A DNA stretch of 63,722 nt, filler included, from Candidatus Omnitrophota bacterium (GCA_015233495.1; 4 parts of 4 records of this genome joined end to end with filler, not necessarily neighbours in it); one strand, 5' to 3'. Counted from the whole stretch's first letter, positions 48,141-59,264 are shown. Numbers and translations are program-made. Notes: generated from the sequence alone by a model not told the origin.

Positions 48141-49325
48141 TCAAATTGATTGCCCAGACTTTATGGTTCCCATATCCTTATCGCCGCGTCCCGACAAACA
48201 GAGGATCACGCTGGATCCGGGCTTGGCTTTTTTCGCGAGTTTTTCCAAATAACTGACGGCGTGGGCGGATTCTAAAGCCGGGATTACCCCTTCTGTCCGG
48301 GACAATAAATGAACCCCGGAAATCGCTTCTTGATCTGTGACCGAAACATATTCCGCCCGGCCGATTTGCTGATAATAAGAATGCTCCGGGCCAACGCCGG
48401 GATAATCCAGACCCGCGGCGATAGAATGAGCGATCACAATCTGCCCATCCGGCGTTTGCAGTAATTTACTTTTGGTCCCATGCAATACCCCAGCCGCGCC
48501 CGCGCCCAAAGCCGCGGAATGTTGACCGGTCTTGATCCCCCGGCCCGCCGCTTCCACACCGATCATCCGTACGCCTTTATCATTAAAAAAAGGATGAAAT
48601 AATCCCATGGCATTGCTGCCTCCGCCAACGCAGGCCACCAGATAATCCGGCAATTTCCCCGTTTTTTTGAGAAACTGGGTCCGGGCCTCTTGCCCGATCA
48701 CCGCTTGAAATTCGCGCACCATCCAAGGATAAGGATGCGGACCGGCTACTGTGCCGATCACATAAAATGTATCCCGGACATTGGTTACCCAATCCCGGAT
48801 TGCTTCGTTCATGGAATCTTTCAAAGTGCGAGATCCGCTATTCACCGGAACGACTTTCGCGCCCAATAACCGCATACGATCGACGTTCAAAGCCTGACGT
48901 TCAATATCCTCCGCGCCCATGTAAACTTCACAGCGAATATCCATCAAAGCGCAAACCGTGGCGGTGGCCACCCCGTGCTGACCCGCGCCGGTTTCCGCGA
49001 TCACCCGTTTTTTGCCCATGCGTTTGGCTAACAAAACCTGGCCGATCGTGTTATTAATTTTATGCGCGCCGGTGTGCAGCATATCCTCGCGTTTCAAATA
49101 AACTTTCAGCGTCTCGAAATACCTGCTTAAGCGCTGCGCTTCATAAAGATTCGTCGGCCGTCCGGCATATTCCCGCAGCAAAGTTTTAAACGCTTTTTTA
49201 TACGCCGGATCTTGCCAAGATTGGCGAAAATTTTTCTCCAAATCTTCCAACAAAGCCATCAAGGTCTCTGGCACATACTGCCCGCCGTATTTTCCGAAAT
49301 GCCCCTGTTGATCCGGAACTTTCAT
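48141..49325 (-). CDS. trpB: Tryptophan synthase beta chain
   Basis: [43 protein letters not shown]. Confidence 0.98.
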   Translation of the reverse strand: MKVPDQQGHFGKYGGQYVPETLMALLEDLEKNFRQSWQDPAYKKAFKTLLREYAGRPTNLYEAQRLSRYFETLKVYLKREDMLHTGAHKINNTIGQVLLAKRMGKKRVIAETGAGQHGVATATVCALMDIRCEVYMGAEDIERQALNVDRMRLLGAKVVPVNSGSRTLKDSMNEAIRDWVTNVRDTFYVIGTVAGPHPYPWMVREFQAVIGQEARTQFLKKTGKLPDYLVACVGGGSNAMGLFHPFFNDKGVRMIGVEAAGRGIKTGQHSAALGAGAAGVLHGTKSKLLQTPDGQIVIAHSIAAGLDYPGVGPEHSYYQQIGRAEYVSVTDQEAISGVHLLSRTEGVIPALESAHAVSYLEKLAKKAKPGSSVILCLSGRGDKDMGTIKSGQSI

Positions 49326-49341
49326 TTAAGATCCTTTTCTT

Positions 49342-50055
49342 TTATCGCGCGGCGCTTCGCAAAACTAAAACCGCCTTTTTCAATCCCACCGCCCCGTCGA
49401 TTCTTAAGGGAATTTTTCGCTCGCTCGTGTCAAACCATAAATCATACTGCGCCGGCTGGGTTTGCAAAAAATAGGCTGTTTGCTCCTGCCCCGCGGCAGT
49501 GACTTGGGTCTTTTTCATCACCTCAATCACCACGGTTTTCGTCGGTAAATTCAGCTTGATCCGCTCGCCGGTTTGAAACGTCCCCCGCAGCCGGAACCGA
49601 TAAATAAACCCGTAAATATTTTCTAAAGTCGTTGGCTGCTGAATCGTTTGATCAGTGATTTTCCCGCCGCTATTTTTTTTGATCCGCACGATGCCCTGCG
49701 CCGTGTCATAAATTTCCGTAATCTTTTCTTTGCTGCCAAAAACATTCAAATCCCGCTCCACGACCCGGGGTAAAAATGTCTGCGGATCTAAAAATATTTT
49801 CTCTTCATCATAAAAGTTTAACGCTCGCGACGTAAAAACAACCAAAACACAGCGGGCCGCTTCTTTTTCAACCAAACCTTTATATGCCAATTCTCCCGCG
49901 CCGATTTTCAACCCAAATTTTTTAATGTCGAAAACTAATACCTCGCCGGTAAATTTATCCGCCTCCGTTTTCGGCGCGGCAAAAGCCAACCCGGACACCA
50001 CCGTCAAAATAAGCAGGATCATCCCAGCGAACCGGAACCATTGCCGCAGATTCAT
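49342..50055 (-). CDS. Secreted DUF3108-like protein
   Basis: Signal peptide, GE.L.F…G, V.AG, LW…..IPLRI. Confidence 0.65.
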   Translation of the reverse strand: MNLRQWFRFAGMILLILTVVSGLAFAAPKTEADKFTGEVLVFDIKKFGLKIGAGELAYKGLVEKEAARCVLVVFTSRALNFYDEEKIFLDPQTFLPRVVERDLNVFGSKEKITEIYDTAQGIVRIKKNSGGKITDQTIQQPTTLENIYGFIYRFRLRGTFQTGERIKLNLPTKTVVIEVMKKTQVTAAGQEQTAYFLQTQPAQYDLWFDTSERKIPLRIDGAVGLKKAVLVLRSAAR

Positions 50056-51194
50056 AATACGTCAACCCTTTTGATATAATCTTCCAAAACTGCCGCGCCT
50101 TTCACCAAGGTTTCAATCCGAATATATTCATCGGTAGAATGGGCCGTCCCTGTAGCGCCAAATCCCGTGGCAAACGCGGGGATTCCGCGCTTTTGAAAAA
50201 AAGATATGACTGTCGCGCCTTCACTGCCGCTGATTTCCGGACGACGACTGACCGCTTTCACCGCCTGAACGTATTCACGAACCAACGGATGGCGAGGATC
50301 CATTTCATAAGGATATTGCAAGTCATCGATTTCGACGCGAAATTTCTTGGTTTCCGTAGCGATGATCTCCTGCAATTCTTTTAAAATGTGCCGCGGATCC
50401 ATACCCGGCAAATAACGGATATCCAAAGCCAATTCGCAATGATCAGCTACCATATTCACTTTATCGCCGCCTTTGATCACGCCCACATTGACGGTCGGCG
50501 GACGCAATAAAGGATGTCGACGATAAACAAACTTATGTTTCTTTACTTTGACGATGACCCGGCTGGCAATCTCAATAGCGTTCACGCCCAACCAATTATA
50601 AGCGCCATGCGCTTTTTTCCCGGTAATAATCACGCGCAAATGGATCAAGCCTTTCTGCGCGATGATTACCTTGAATTCGTCAGAATCCAATACCAAAGCA
50701 AAGCCGGGCCGTAGAATTTTTTTATTCAAAAGCGGCAACATCCCCTGGTGACTGCCGGTCTCCTCATCCGCCGTCGCAGCCATAATGAGATCGTGGCGCA
50801 GCCGGACTTGATCTTCCGTTAAGCTGCGCATCACTTCCATACATACCGCCAGATTCCCCTTGTCATCGGAGGCGCCCCGTCCGTAAATTTTCCCCTGATG
50901 AATTACGCCCCCCAAGGGCGGATACTTCCAACCTTGGCCGATGGGCACGGTATCATAGTGGGGCGAAATAAGAATGGCCCTATCCGCCGCTTGCTTGCGC
51001 GGAAGCTGCCCTTTTAACGTCGCAATAATATTTGGCCGCTTCGGCGCGAAGGAATGGATCTTTACCTCCAGCCCCAAAGACCGCATATCGCGTTCAATGA
51101 ATTTGCCTAAAGCCGCTTCATTGCCGGGAGGGTTTTCCGAATTATAAGCGATGACTTTTTGCGTTAAATCGATCAGACGGGCCCGGCGGATCAT
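50052..51194 (-). CDS. M20 family metallopeptidase (ArgE/DapE-like)
   Basis: HYDTVP, GRGASDDKG, DEE, AHG, AHSTDE. Confidence 0.92.
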   Translation of the reverse strand: MIRRARLIDLTQKVIAYNSENPPGNEAALGKFIERDMRSLGLEVKIHSFAPKRPNIIATLKGQLPRKQAADRAILISPHYDTVPIGQGWKYPPLGGVIHQGKIYGRGASDDKGNLAVCMEVMRSLTEDQVRLRHDLIMAATADEETGSHQGMLPLLNKKILRPGFALVLDSDEFKVIIAQKGLIHLRVIITGKKAHGAYNWLGVNAIEIASRVIVKVKKHKFVYRRHPLLRPPTVNVGVIKGGDKVNMVADHCELALDIRYLPGMDPRHILKELQEIIATETKKFRVEIDDLQYPYEMDPRHPLVREYVQAVKAVSRRPEISGSEGATVISFFQKRGIPAFATGFGATGTAHSTDEYIRIETLVKGAAVLEDYIKRVDVL

Positions 51195-51499
51195 TTGAGA
51201 AATTCCTCCGCCTTCAATTCGCCCAAGTTGCGTTTATGGTCGTCATAATCAATGATTTTCAGACTCGGACGCTGGGCGAACAATTTGGTCACTTTGGGCA
51301 AATGAAACTTGATATTCCGGAAAGCCACATACAAAAATTCCGTTTTACAGGACGGGCAGAAGTTCATTTCCAATTTCACGTCAAGAGCGTTGCAATGGCC
51401 GCACTGACCCGACACATCTCCATAGATCAGCAGATGCTCATTAACCGCCTTCGGGTCATTTTTTTGATACACCCGGATCAATTTTTCATGTGGGGTCAT
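51191..51499 (-). CDS. Small putative zinc-ribbon protein
   Basis: CGHC…CPSC. ATGA overlaps on both sides. Confidence 0.75.
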   Translation of the reverse strand: MTPHEKLIRVYQKNDPKAVNEHLLIYGDVSGQCGHCNALDVKLEMNFCPSCKTEFLYVAFRNIKFHLPKVTKLFAQRPSLKIIDYDDHKRNLGELKAEEFLK

Positions 51500-52533
51500 A
51501 GGCGCGAATAACTATCAGCCAATTCCAAAACCAATTTTTCCGAATCCGGCCACCCCAGACAGGGATCCGTGATGGATTTGCCCAATATCCCGCCGGACAC
51601 GTTCTGACATCCCTCTTCCAAATAACTTTCAATCATCAACCCGCGCACCGTGCGGCGCAACTCTGCGGACTCTTTCATGCTGAACATGACTTCCATGGCA
51701 ATCCGCGGTTGTTCTTTGTATTGTTTATCGGAATTGGCATGATTGGTGTCCACTAAAATTACCGGCGAAGGGAAGCCTCGTTTTTGATGCAACCCGACCA
51801 AGTTCGTCAGATCTTCATAATGATAATTGGCCTGGCATTGACCGTGGCGGTTAACCGCGCCGCGCAAAATGCAATGCGCCAAAGGATTGCCATTGGTTTT
51901 TACTTCCCAGCCGTTATAAATGAAACGGTGCGGTTTTAAAGCCGCTTGCAAAGAATTCAACAAAACATTAAGATCGCCGCTCGTTGGATTTTTTAATCCT
52001 ACCGGAATGTCCAAACCGCTTACCGTCAACCGATGTTGTTGATTCTCCACCGAACGCGCGCCGATCGCCACATAACTCAAAACATCTTCCAGATAGGGAT
52101 AATTTTCCGGGTACAACATTTCATCCGCGGCGGTTAACCCGGATTCCGCTAAAGCGCGGATGTGCATTCGCCGAATCGCTTGGATCCCGGCGACAATATT
52201 GGGGTCTTCATTCGGGTCAGGCTGATGCGCCATGCCCTTATAGCCCTCACCCGTAGTGCGGGGTTTATTGGTGTAAATCCGCGGGATTAAAATAAAAAGT
52301 TCTTTGACTCGGTCCTGCAATTGCGCCAAACGGCTGACATAAGCGCAAACCGCGTCTTCGTTGTCGGCCGAGCAGGGGCCGATAATCAGTAAAAACTGCC
52401 GGCTCTGCCCTTGGAGCACGCGTCGGATACGTTCATCCCGGGCCTGCTTGACCGCGCGCAATTCTGGACCCAGCGGCATAGCCGCGAGAATATCTTCCGA
52501 ACGGGGAATTTTTTGCAAATATTCAAAACTCAT
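51496..52533 (-). CDS. 3-deoxy-7-phosphoheptulonate (DAHP) synthase, class I-alpha
   Basis: IIGPCS, KPRTTG.GYKG, AIGARS.E.Q.HR, DTNHANS, SITDPCLGW. Confidence 0.95.
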   Translation of the reverse strand: MSFEYLQKIPRSEDILAAMPLGPELRAVKQARDERIRRVLQGQSRQFLLIIGPCSADNEDAVCAYVSRLAQLQDRVKELFILIPRIYTNKPRTTGEGYKGMAHQPDPNEDPNIVAGIQAIRRMHIRALAESGLTAADEMLYPENYPYLEDVLSYVAIGARSVENQQHRLTVSGLDIPVGLKNPTSGDLNVLLNSLQAALKPHRFIYNGWEVKTNGNPLAHCILRGAVNRHGQCQANYHYEDLTNLVGLHQKRGFPSPVILVDTNHANSDKQYKEQPRIAMEVMFSMKESAELRRTVRGLMIESYLEEGCQNVSGGILGKSITDPCLGWPDSEKLVLELADSYSRL

Positions 52534-52565
52534 AAGCTTGCATTATAACACAGCTATCGATTTTT

Positions 52566-53279
52566 TTAATAAAACAATTTCGCGATAAACGCCGTAACCG
52601 CGGTTTCCACCCGCAGCACCCGCGGTGAACAACTTATAGTCACAAAACCCTTTTCCAAAAATTGCTGGATTTCCAACGGGATAAACCCGCCTTCCGGACC
52701 AATGACTAAAGTAATATTCCGATTTTGGGACGACGGACTGCGCCGGTCTCCCCCGGGATGCGCGACTAACAAAAGGGAATTGTCCGCCATTAAAGACACG
52801 CGCTGGGAGACAAACCGCGCAAAATTTCTTTCCATTTCCACTACCGGCAAAATGGTATCTCCAGCTTGCTCCAAGCCCAAAACCAATTGCTCTTGAATTT
52901 TATCCGGCGATAAAGCCGGACTCTTCCAAAAGCTTTTCTCCACCCGGTTGGTATCTAGGACAATCAGTCGGCCCACCCCCATTGTCGTAATCGTCGCTAA
53001 AATCCGTTTAAACACGATCGGCCGGGGCAAAGCTAAAATTAAAGTTAACGGCAGTTTGGGCGGCGGTTGCCGGTCCAAACACACCCGCAACCGTACAGTG
53101 TCGGAAGCGGCAGAGATCACCTGGGCTTGGCCTAATTTTCCATTAACAACGCCGACCCGTAAAACGTCGCCTAACGCCGGTTTTAACACCTCCCGCACAT
53201 GTTTTGCCCGGCGTCCCGAGATAACGGCTTCCCCTGGCTCTTGCGGAAAATCGGCTTTTTCCAATAGAATCAAATTCAT
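52566..53279 (-). CDS. rsmE: 16S rRNA m3U1498 methyltransferase
   Basis: H..EVLK, EQAG, IGPEGGF, RVLRVETA. Confidence 0.93.
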   Translation of the reverse strand: MNLILLEKADFPQEPGEAVISGRRAKHVREVLKPALGDVLRVGVVNGKLGQAQVISAASDTVRLRVCLDRQPPPKLPLTLILALPRPIVFKRILATITTMGVGRLIVLDTNRVEKSFWKSPALSPDKIQEQLVLGLEQAGDTILPVVEMERNFARFVSQRVSLMADNSLLLVAHPGGDRRSPSSQNRNITLVIGPEGGFIPLEIQQFLEKGFVTISCSPRVLRVETAVTAFIAKLFY

Positions 53280-54340
53280 GAAAGCAATCCCGCTCCCTCG
53301 CGTTGCAAACGTATGGTTTGCGTCGGAAACGCGAACGCAATGCCTTGCGCGGCAAATTTCTCTTTAATTTTCAAATTGACCTGCTGCTGGATATCCAGGG
53401 CTTTGTTTTGATCGCTTCCCGCTATAAAATACACGATTTCTAAAATCAAACTAAAATCCCCGTAAGCAACAAAATGCGCCCGGTCAAAAGTTGTTCCCGG
53501 AATCGCGATAACAATCGCTTTCAGATAGTCCGGGATCGCTTGCAATTGATCCAACGCGGTATCGTAAGTAACGCCCAAACGGAACAAAATGCGCCGGCGC
53601 TGCATCCGGTCAAAATTTCGCACCCGGGAATTGGTCAAATCCGTGTTGGAAAAAATGATTTCTTCGCCGTTGACGCTGCGGATGCGCGTTGTCTTAATGC
53701 CGATTTGCCGCACCTCGCCGGTCAAATCTCCAACCGTAATCGAATGGCCGACTTCAAACGGCCGATCAAATAAAATTGCAAAATAACTAAATAAGTCTCC
53801 CAGCACCGCCTGAGCGGCCAAAGCCACCGCCACGCCGCCGATACCCAAACCGGCGATCACCGCGGAAATCTTAAATCCCAAATTATCCAAAAACAAAGCG
53901 AAAGCCACACCCCAAACTAAAAACTTGAGGACATTGAGTATGCCTTTCAAACTGCCTTCCAACATGGTGTCTTGTCCGCGCTTGCGCCAATATTGCTTAA
54001 ACCCATACGTCATGAATTCGGTGGCCAAACGCCCGCCAAAAAACACCAAAACCGCCATCAGCCCTTTCTGCGCTGCCTGTTCGAATTTGGCCGATAAATC
54101 TAAGCCCAGAAAACTCATAAACAACACAATAAAATAAGCTGCCGGGACAAAAACAGTATGGGCGGTATTAATTAAAAAATCATCCAGAGTCGTCGGGGTC
54201 GTTGCCGCCCATTTTTTCAACCGACCCAGCACCACCCGCTCCACAATTTTGATAGCCAAAAATCCGATAACCAAAATCAGTAAACTCCGAAAACTGCCGC
54301 TCCTCGCGTATCCTCCCCAAAATATATTCAACCAACTCAT
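53276..54340 (-). CDS. Small-conductance mechanosensitive channel
   Basis: AGLGIGGVAVALAAQ, DRPF.VG, IGIKTTRIR, FAFPTQT. Confidence 0.93.
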   Translation of the reverse strand: MSWLNIFWGGYARSGSFRSLLILVIGFLAIKIVERVVLGRLKKWAATTPTTLDDFLINTAHTVFVPAAYFIVLFMSFLGLDLSAKFEQAAQKGLMAVLVFFGGRLATEFMTYGFKQYWRKRGQDTMLEGSLKGILNVLKFLVWGVAFALFLDNLGFKISAVIAGLGIGGVAVALAAQAVLGDLFSYFAILFDRPFEVGHSITVGDLTGEVRQIGIKTTRIRSVNGEEIIFSNTDLTNSRVRNFDRMQRRRILFRLGVTYDTALDQLQAIPDYLKAIVIAIPGTTFDRAHFVAYGDFSLILEIVYFIAGSDQNKALDIQQQVNLKIKEKFAAQGIAFAFPTQTIRLQREGAGLLS

Positions 54341-54512
54341 GATTTAACCTCCCGTTAATTTTTTATCGGCCCTTTATTACATTAATCAAAAAATTATCTA
54401 TAAACCATTCTACACACATCAAGTAACCGCACAAATAAAAAAATCCCTTCTCTTCCCGGTAGTTGATCTTCAAAAAATTCAATTTTAAAAAATGTTTGGG
54501 GAAATATACTAT

Positions 54513-54636
54513 GGGCCTGTTGCGAAATTAGCCATTTTTGAAAAATAAAAGCAAAAAATATATCGACGACAAAATGGATATTTTGCCGAATTTCTCGGCG
54601 AGGTTGTGATAAAATGAGGGCATGAAAACCGAAAGG
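54513..54636 (+). mobile_element. Possible left end of an IS element running into the gap
   Basis: GGGCCTGTTGCGAAATTAG is IS-end-like and is followed by RBS+ATG (MKTER) at the contig end. No partner is visible. Confidence 0.3.
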
Positions 54637-54736
54637 NNNNNNNNNNNNNNNNNNNNNNNNNNNNNNNNNNNNNNNNNNNNTTAATTAATTAANNNNNNNN
54701 NNNNNNNNNNNNNNNNNNNNNNNNNNNNNNNNNNNN
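54637..54736. other. Artificial contig spacer
   Basis: N-TTAATTAATTAA-N linker. Confidence 0.97.
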
Positions 54737-55965
54737 CAGTGAGGGTATCGCTTGTCTTGGCAGGCCATTATTACGAAGCAGAGGCTAAAAGAGATATAAG
54801 ATATTTTAGGTTTGAAGATGTTTTGCGGCTTTTACAAGAGGAAGCTAATATGAGCCGATCAGCGATGCGTTTGGTAGGTAATTGGGCATATTTTATCAAA
54901 GTCAGAGAGGAGCTCGCAGATAAAGTTATGCCGGCGAAGCTGCGCGCCGCGAGAATTTATGAGGCGAATAAAAGCGGAATGTCGTTGATGCGCTTTAAGG
55001 ATGCTTATTTAGTATTAGCCAGCGCGTTGCAGGCCTTGCACCCAGGAGCTGATGACGGAAAAGAGATCGCGCCCACCGGAACAACATTAGATGTTCCTCA
55101 GCCAACCCTGGCTAGACAAGTTAAATATAAATTGGGGGCTGAAGGCCGGATAGAGTCGATTTGGGTAGATTTAGCAAAAGGATTAGATCAAGTCACAGAT
55201 AAAGTCAAGGTTATTAATCTGCCATTAGAAGAAGCTTGGGCAAACATGATGCCAGCGGATTTTAGCCTCCCGACTGTGGCGCAGCAACTGGTGTTTTCAT
55301 TGGCAGTTGCCGGTTATCGGGTTGACCATTCTACTAATTTTATATATGTCACTGCCGCTTCACCGGTAGCGCCTGGGGATACGGTTCGACAATTTTTAGA
55401 TCGCTATAAATATTTTGGTCTAACTTACAAAGGTTTTGTTAATACAGGTTATGAATATGAAATGTCTGCCGAAACTGCGCAAAAAGATTTGAATGAGTTT
55501 TCTTGGCAATTAGCGGTTCTTTTATTAGCGGGCAAGGGACAAGTGAGGACTTGGGTCCGATCCCCGCGAGGTCCGGGGAGAAGTTTATTGAAAGACGAGG
55601 GTCTCAGTCATTTTGATGTCGAGCAGGCTATAAAGGCTTTGCATACTGAAGACAACATTTGTATTCTTATTCCGCTATCTATTTTAAATGAGAATAGCCG
55701 ACCTTCGGAAGAAGCGGCATCTCCAGTCTTGAACCCTGGTGGTCTTGCTTTAAACGGGAACAAGATGGGGATGGATGTGATCAAGGAAGGCAAAGGGATT
55801 GAGTTTAAATTCAACCCGGCGATCGGGGCGCAGCTACGGTCCGGGAATTTTACCGGGTTGCAAGGCATTATTTTGCAGATTATTCCGATTCAAAGCGTAC
55901 TGCCGATTCTGGGGATGAACGAAGAAGAATCCCCGGCGGACGTGAAGAAATTTGCGAAGGTTTAA
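54737..55965 (+). CDS. C-terminal fragment of a large modular protein (Omnitrophota giant-protein-like)
   Basis: Open from the contig edge. Two AASPV linkers 120 aa apart. Terminal PGGLAL…KEGKG…FNPA…FTGL..II.QI.P module. Confidence 0.65.
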
Positions 55966-56045
55966 AGGTGACGGACACTTTTTCTTAAGCTGAGCCTCTA
56001 TTTTTTCGATCGATCTGCGTCAGAAAAAATGTCCGACACCTTTAT
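55963..56045. repeat. Imperfect inverted repeat (REP-like doublet)
   Basis: AAAGGTGACGGACACTTTTT … AAAAAATGTCCGACACCTTTT. Confidence 0.6.
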
Positions 56046-56056
56046 TGGCTTATTAT

Positions 56057-56117
56057 ACCTCCGCGCCCTCGGGAAGTGAATAAATATTCACTCCCTGGCG
56101 GGTGCGGAGGTTTTTTT
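56057..56117 (+). terminator. Hairpin + U-tract, probable intrinsic terminator
   Basis: ACCTCCGCGCCC…GGGTGCGGAGGT followed by a T run. Confidence 0.65.
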
Positions 56118-56118
56118 A

Positions 56119-56147
56119 TTGACTTTTTGCCCCTGAATTATTATGAT
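56119..56147 (+). promoter_or_regulatory. Sigma70 promoter for guaB3-guaA
   Basis: TTGACT-17 bp-TATGAT. Confidence 0.55.
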
Positions 56148-56219
56148 ATAACTTCAATCAGTGCTAAAAAACCCGAAAAATACGCATTTTTTCAATAAAA
56201 TACCTAAGGAGTGAGTCAA

Positions 56220-57380
56220 ATGGCAGAATGGATTGGCATCGGCCGCCGGGCTCGACGTTGTTATGGGTTTGATGAGGTGGCTTTGGTTCCGGGTATGGAG
56301 ACGGTTAACCCCAATGAAGTGGACATCAGCTGGACGATTTCCGGAAAAAAAATCAAGATTCCGATTTTGGCCGCGGCAATGGACGGGATTGTGGACGTTA
56401 AATTCGCGGTGGCGATGGGGAAATTGGGCGGGATTGCGGTTCTAAATTTAGATGGCGTACAGACCCGGTATGAAAATCCGGACGATATTCTCGATCAGAT
56501 CGCGAACACGCAAGCCGAAGAAGCGACGAAACTCATTCAGAGCCTTTATCTTACGCCGGTTAAGGAAAGTTTGATCGCTAAACGCGTTGGGGAAATCAAG
56601 AAGGCTAAAGTACCTGCCGTGGTTAGCTGTATTCCGCAAAACGCGAAACGGTTTATGGAAATCGCTCAGGACGCGGGCGCGGATCTTTTTTGTATGCAGT
56701 CAACCGTGGCTGCAGTGCGGCATATTGCCACTGAGTATAAAATTTTGGATTTGGATAAATTTTGCAAAGAGGCCAAGATTCCGGTGATTATCGGCAATTC
56801 CGTGACTTATGATATGGCTTTGGAATTGATGGAAATCGGCGCTTCGGGGTTGTTTATCGGGGTCGGGCCGGGCGCGGCTTGCACCACCCGGGGCGTTTTG
56901 GGTATAGGCGTGCCGCAAATCACCGCTACGGTGGATTCGGCAGCGGCGCGTGATCATTTTTATAAACGCACCGGAAAATATATCCCGATTATCACGGATG
57001 GCGGGATGCGCATTGGCGGCGAGATTTGCAAGGCATTCGCGGCGGGTTCTGACGCGGTTATGGTGGGGTCAGCCTTCGCGAAAGCACAAGAAGCGCCGGG
57101 CCGCGGGTTTCATTGGGGCATGGCCACATCCAACGCGAATCTGCCGCGCGGCACTCGCGTGCGGGTCGGCACCACCGGCACGCTTAAACAGATTTTGATG
57201 GGCCCGGCCAAAGTTGACGACGGTTCGCAAAATTTAGTCGGCGCGCTTAAGACATCGATGGGATCGCTAGGCGCGAAAACTATCAAGGAAATGCACGACG
57301 TGGAAATCATCATTGCCCCGTCGATTCAGACCGAAGGCAAGGTATTCCAGGTCGGCCAGCGGGTCGGCATGGGGAAATAA
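56220..57380 (+). CDS. guaB3: GuaB3-type IMP dehydrogenase family protein
   Basis: YGFDEVALVP, AAMDG, GVGPGAACTTRGVLG, HWGMAT. No CBS domains. Confidence 0.9.
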   Translation: MAEWIGIGRRARRCYGFDEVALVPGMETVNPNEVDISWTISGKKIKIPILAAAMDGIVDVKFAVAMGKLGGIAVLNLDGVQTRYENPDDILDQIANTQAEEATKLIQSLYLTPVKESLIAKRVGEIKKAKVPAVVSCIPQNAKRFMEIAQDAGADLFCMQSTVAAVRHIATEYKILDLDKFCKEAKIPVIIGNSVTYDMALELMEIGASGLFIGVGPGAACTTRGVLGIGVPQITATVDSAAARDHFYKRTGKYIPIITDGGMRIGGEICKAFAAGSDAVMVGSAFAKAQEAPGRGFHWGMATSNANLPRGTRVRVGTTGTLKQILMGPAKVDDGSQNLVGALKTSMGSLGAKTIKEMHDVEIIIAPSIQTEGKVFQVGQRVGMGK

Positions 57381-57498
57381 ATGGTGTCTGGGTCCAAGGA
57401 GTGAACAAATCAAAAAATGGTGATTGGCCTGAAAAAGACGATAAAAGTTTCGTGATACAATAGGGTATGTCTGCATTGGGACCTGACACCATTTATTT
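57375..57498. repeat. Inverted repeat pair (REP-like doublet)
   Basis: AAATAAATGGTGTCTGGGTCC … GGGACCTGACACCATTTATTT. Confidence 0.65.
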
Positions 57499-57548
57499 AA
57501 TCATAAAATTTTTTGCGGCGCAAAAAATTTTAACCGGAAGCGGGCAAA

Positions 57549-59255
57549 ATGACAAAAAAAATTACGACAGCTAAGAAGAGCAAACCTCCAGAAGTCAAAA
57601 AAACGGTTAAAAAATTTTTCGCGAAATCTTCTTCAAAAAAACGGGCGATGAAGATGACGAAACTGCATAAATTCAGCAGTCGTTTGTCGTCGTCCATCTC
57701 CGTGAAAAAGAACCGCACGAAAGACGTCATTTTAGTGCTGGATTTCGGTTCGCAATACACCCAGCTCATTGCCCGGCGTATTCGGGAGAATAAAGTTTAC
57801 AGCCGGATTGTTCCGTTTCATATTACCGCGAAAGAAATTGAAGAGATCGCGCCGAAGGGGTTGATTTTATCCGGCGGGCCGTTGAGTGTTTATGAAAAAA
57901 ACGCGCCTTTGCCTAACAAAGAGATTTTTAATTTGGGGCTCCCGGTGTTGGGGGTCTGTTACGGGATGCAGGCGATCTCACATTTGTTTGGGGGTAAGGT
58001 CAATCCGAGCAAAGAGCGCGAATACGGCCGGGCCGAACTGTTTGTGGATAACAATAAAGATTTATTCGCCAATTTGCCGACTAATATGACCTGCTGGATG
58101 AGCCACGGCGATGAAATCGTCAAAATGCCGGCCGGGTTTGAAAAGAAGGGTCACACGCTGAACGCGGCGGTTGCGGCTATCGGGAACCGAGCGAAAAAAA
58201 TATATGGGGTGCAGTTTCATCCGGAGGTGGTTCATACCCAGCGTGGGTCGCAGATCCTCATGAATTTTGTCCAACAGATTTGCGGGTGTTTGCCGCGCTG
58301 GACCATGGAGAAGTTCGTTGAGTCTCAAATCAAACAAATCCAAGAACAGGTCGGGAAAAAACGGGTGATTTTGGGATTGAGCGGCGGCGTGGATTCGTCC
58401 GTGGCCGCGGTGATTTTGCAGAAGGCGATCGGTGCCCGATTGTATTGTATTTTTGTGGATAACGGACTTTTGCGTAAAAACGAAGCGCATAACGTGGAGA
58501 AAACGTTTCGCGGTCATTTTAAAATGAACCTGGTCGTCGCCGATGGAGAGCAAAGGTTTTTGAAACGGTTGACCGGCGTCGCGGACCCGGAACAGAAGCG
58601 CAAGATCATCGGCGATGAATTCGGCCAATTATTTATGGAACGGGCCAAGAAAATCAGCAATGTCGGTTTTCTCGCGCAGGGGACATTGTATCCGGACGTG
58701 ATTGAATCGTTTTCGCCGATCGGCGGACCGTCCGCGGTCATCAAGAGCCATCATAATGTCGGCGGTTTGCCGAAAAATCTGAATTTGGAATTGATCGAGC
58801 CGTTCCGCGAGTTGTTCAAAGACGAGGTGCGGGCGATCGGCAAATATTTAGGTATGCCGGAAAATATTTTGAAACGCCAGCCGTTTCCCGGACCGGGTCT
58901 GGCCATTCGGATTCTCGGTGAGATCACCAAAGAACGTTTGGAGATTTTGCGCGAAGCGGATGAGCGGGTCGTCGATGAAGTAAAAAAAGCGGGTTTATAT
59001 CATGATATCTGGCAATCCTTTGCGGTGCTGCTTCCGGTAAAAACCGTGGGCGTCATGGGTGATCAACGCACCTATGAAAATGTGATCGCGGTCCGCTGCG
59101 TGACCAGCCAAGACGGGATGACCGCGGATTGGGTGCCCTTGCCGCCGGAACTTTTGGGCCGTATCTCGAACCGGATCATCAATGAAGTCAAAGGTGTCAA
59201 TCGCGTAGTTTACGACGTCAGCTCCAAACCGCCGGCGACCATCGAGTGGGAATAA
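57549..59255 (+). CDS. guaA: GMP synthase (glutamine-hydrolysing); start uncertain
   Basis: [55 protein letters not shown]. Confidence 0.97.
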   Translation: MTKKITTAKKSKPPEVKKTVKKFFAKSSSKKRAMKMTKLHKFSSRLSSSISVKKNRTKDVILVLDFGSQYTQLIARRIRENKVYSRIVPFHITAKEIEEIAPKGLILSGGPLSVYEKNAPLPNKEIFNLGLPVLGVCYGMQAISHLFGGKVNPSKEREYGRAELFVDNNKDLFANLPTNMTCWMSHGDEIVKMPAGFEKKGHTLNAAVAAIGNRAKKIYGVQFHPEVVHTQRGSQILMNFVQQICGCLPRWTMEKFVESQIKQIQEQVGKKRVILGLSGGVDSSVAAVILQKAIGARLYCIFVDNGLLRKNEAHNVEKTFRGHFKMNLVVADGEQRFLKRLTGVADPEQKRKIIGDEFGQLFMERAKKISNVGFLAQGTLYPDVIESFSPIGGPSAVIKSHHNVGGLPKNLNLELIEPFRELFKDEVRAIGKYLGMPENILKRQPFPGPGLAIRILGEITKERLEILREADERVVDEVKKAGLYHDIWQSFAVLLPVKTVGVMGDQRTYENVIAVRCVTSQDGMTADWVPLPPELLGRISNRIINEVKGVNRVVYDVSSKPPATIEWE

Positions 59256-59264
59256 ATATGATCC

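Noticed and set aside
23701..54736. TTAATTAATTAA palindromes inside N runs
   Set aside because: Identical six-frame-stop linkers used to concatenate contigs. They are not biological, and ORFs crossing them are artefacts.
56046..56219. Purine riboswitch upstream of guaB3/guaA
   Set aside because: The hairpin lies upstream of the predicted promoter and lacks recognisable purine-aptamer core motifs. It fits a terminator better.
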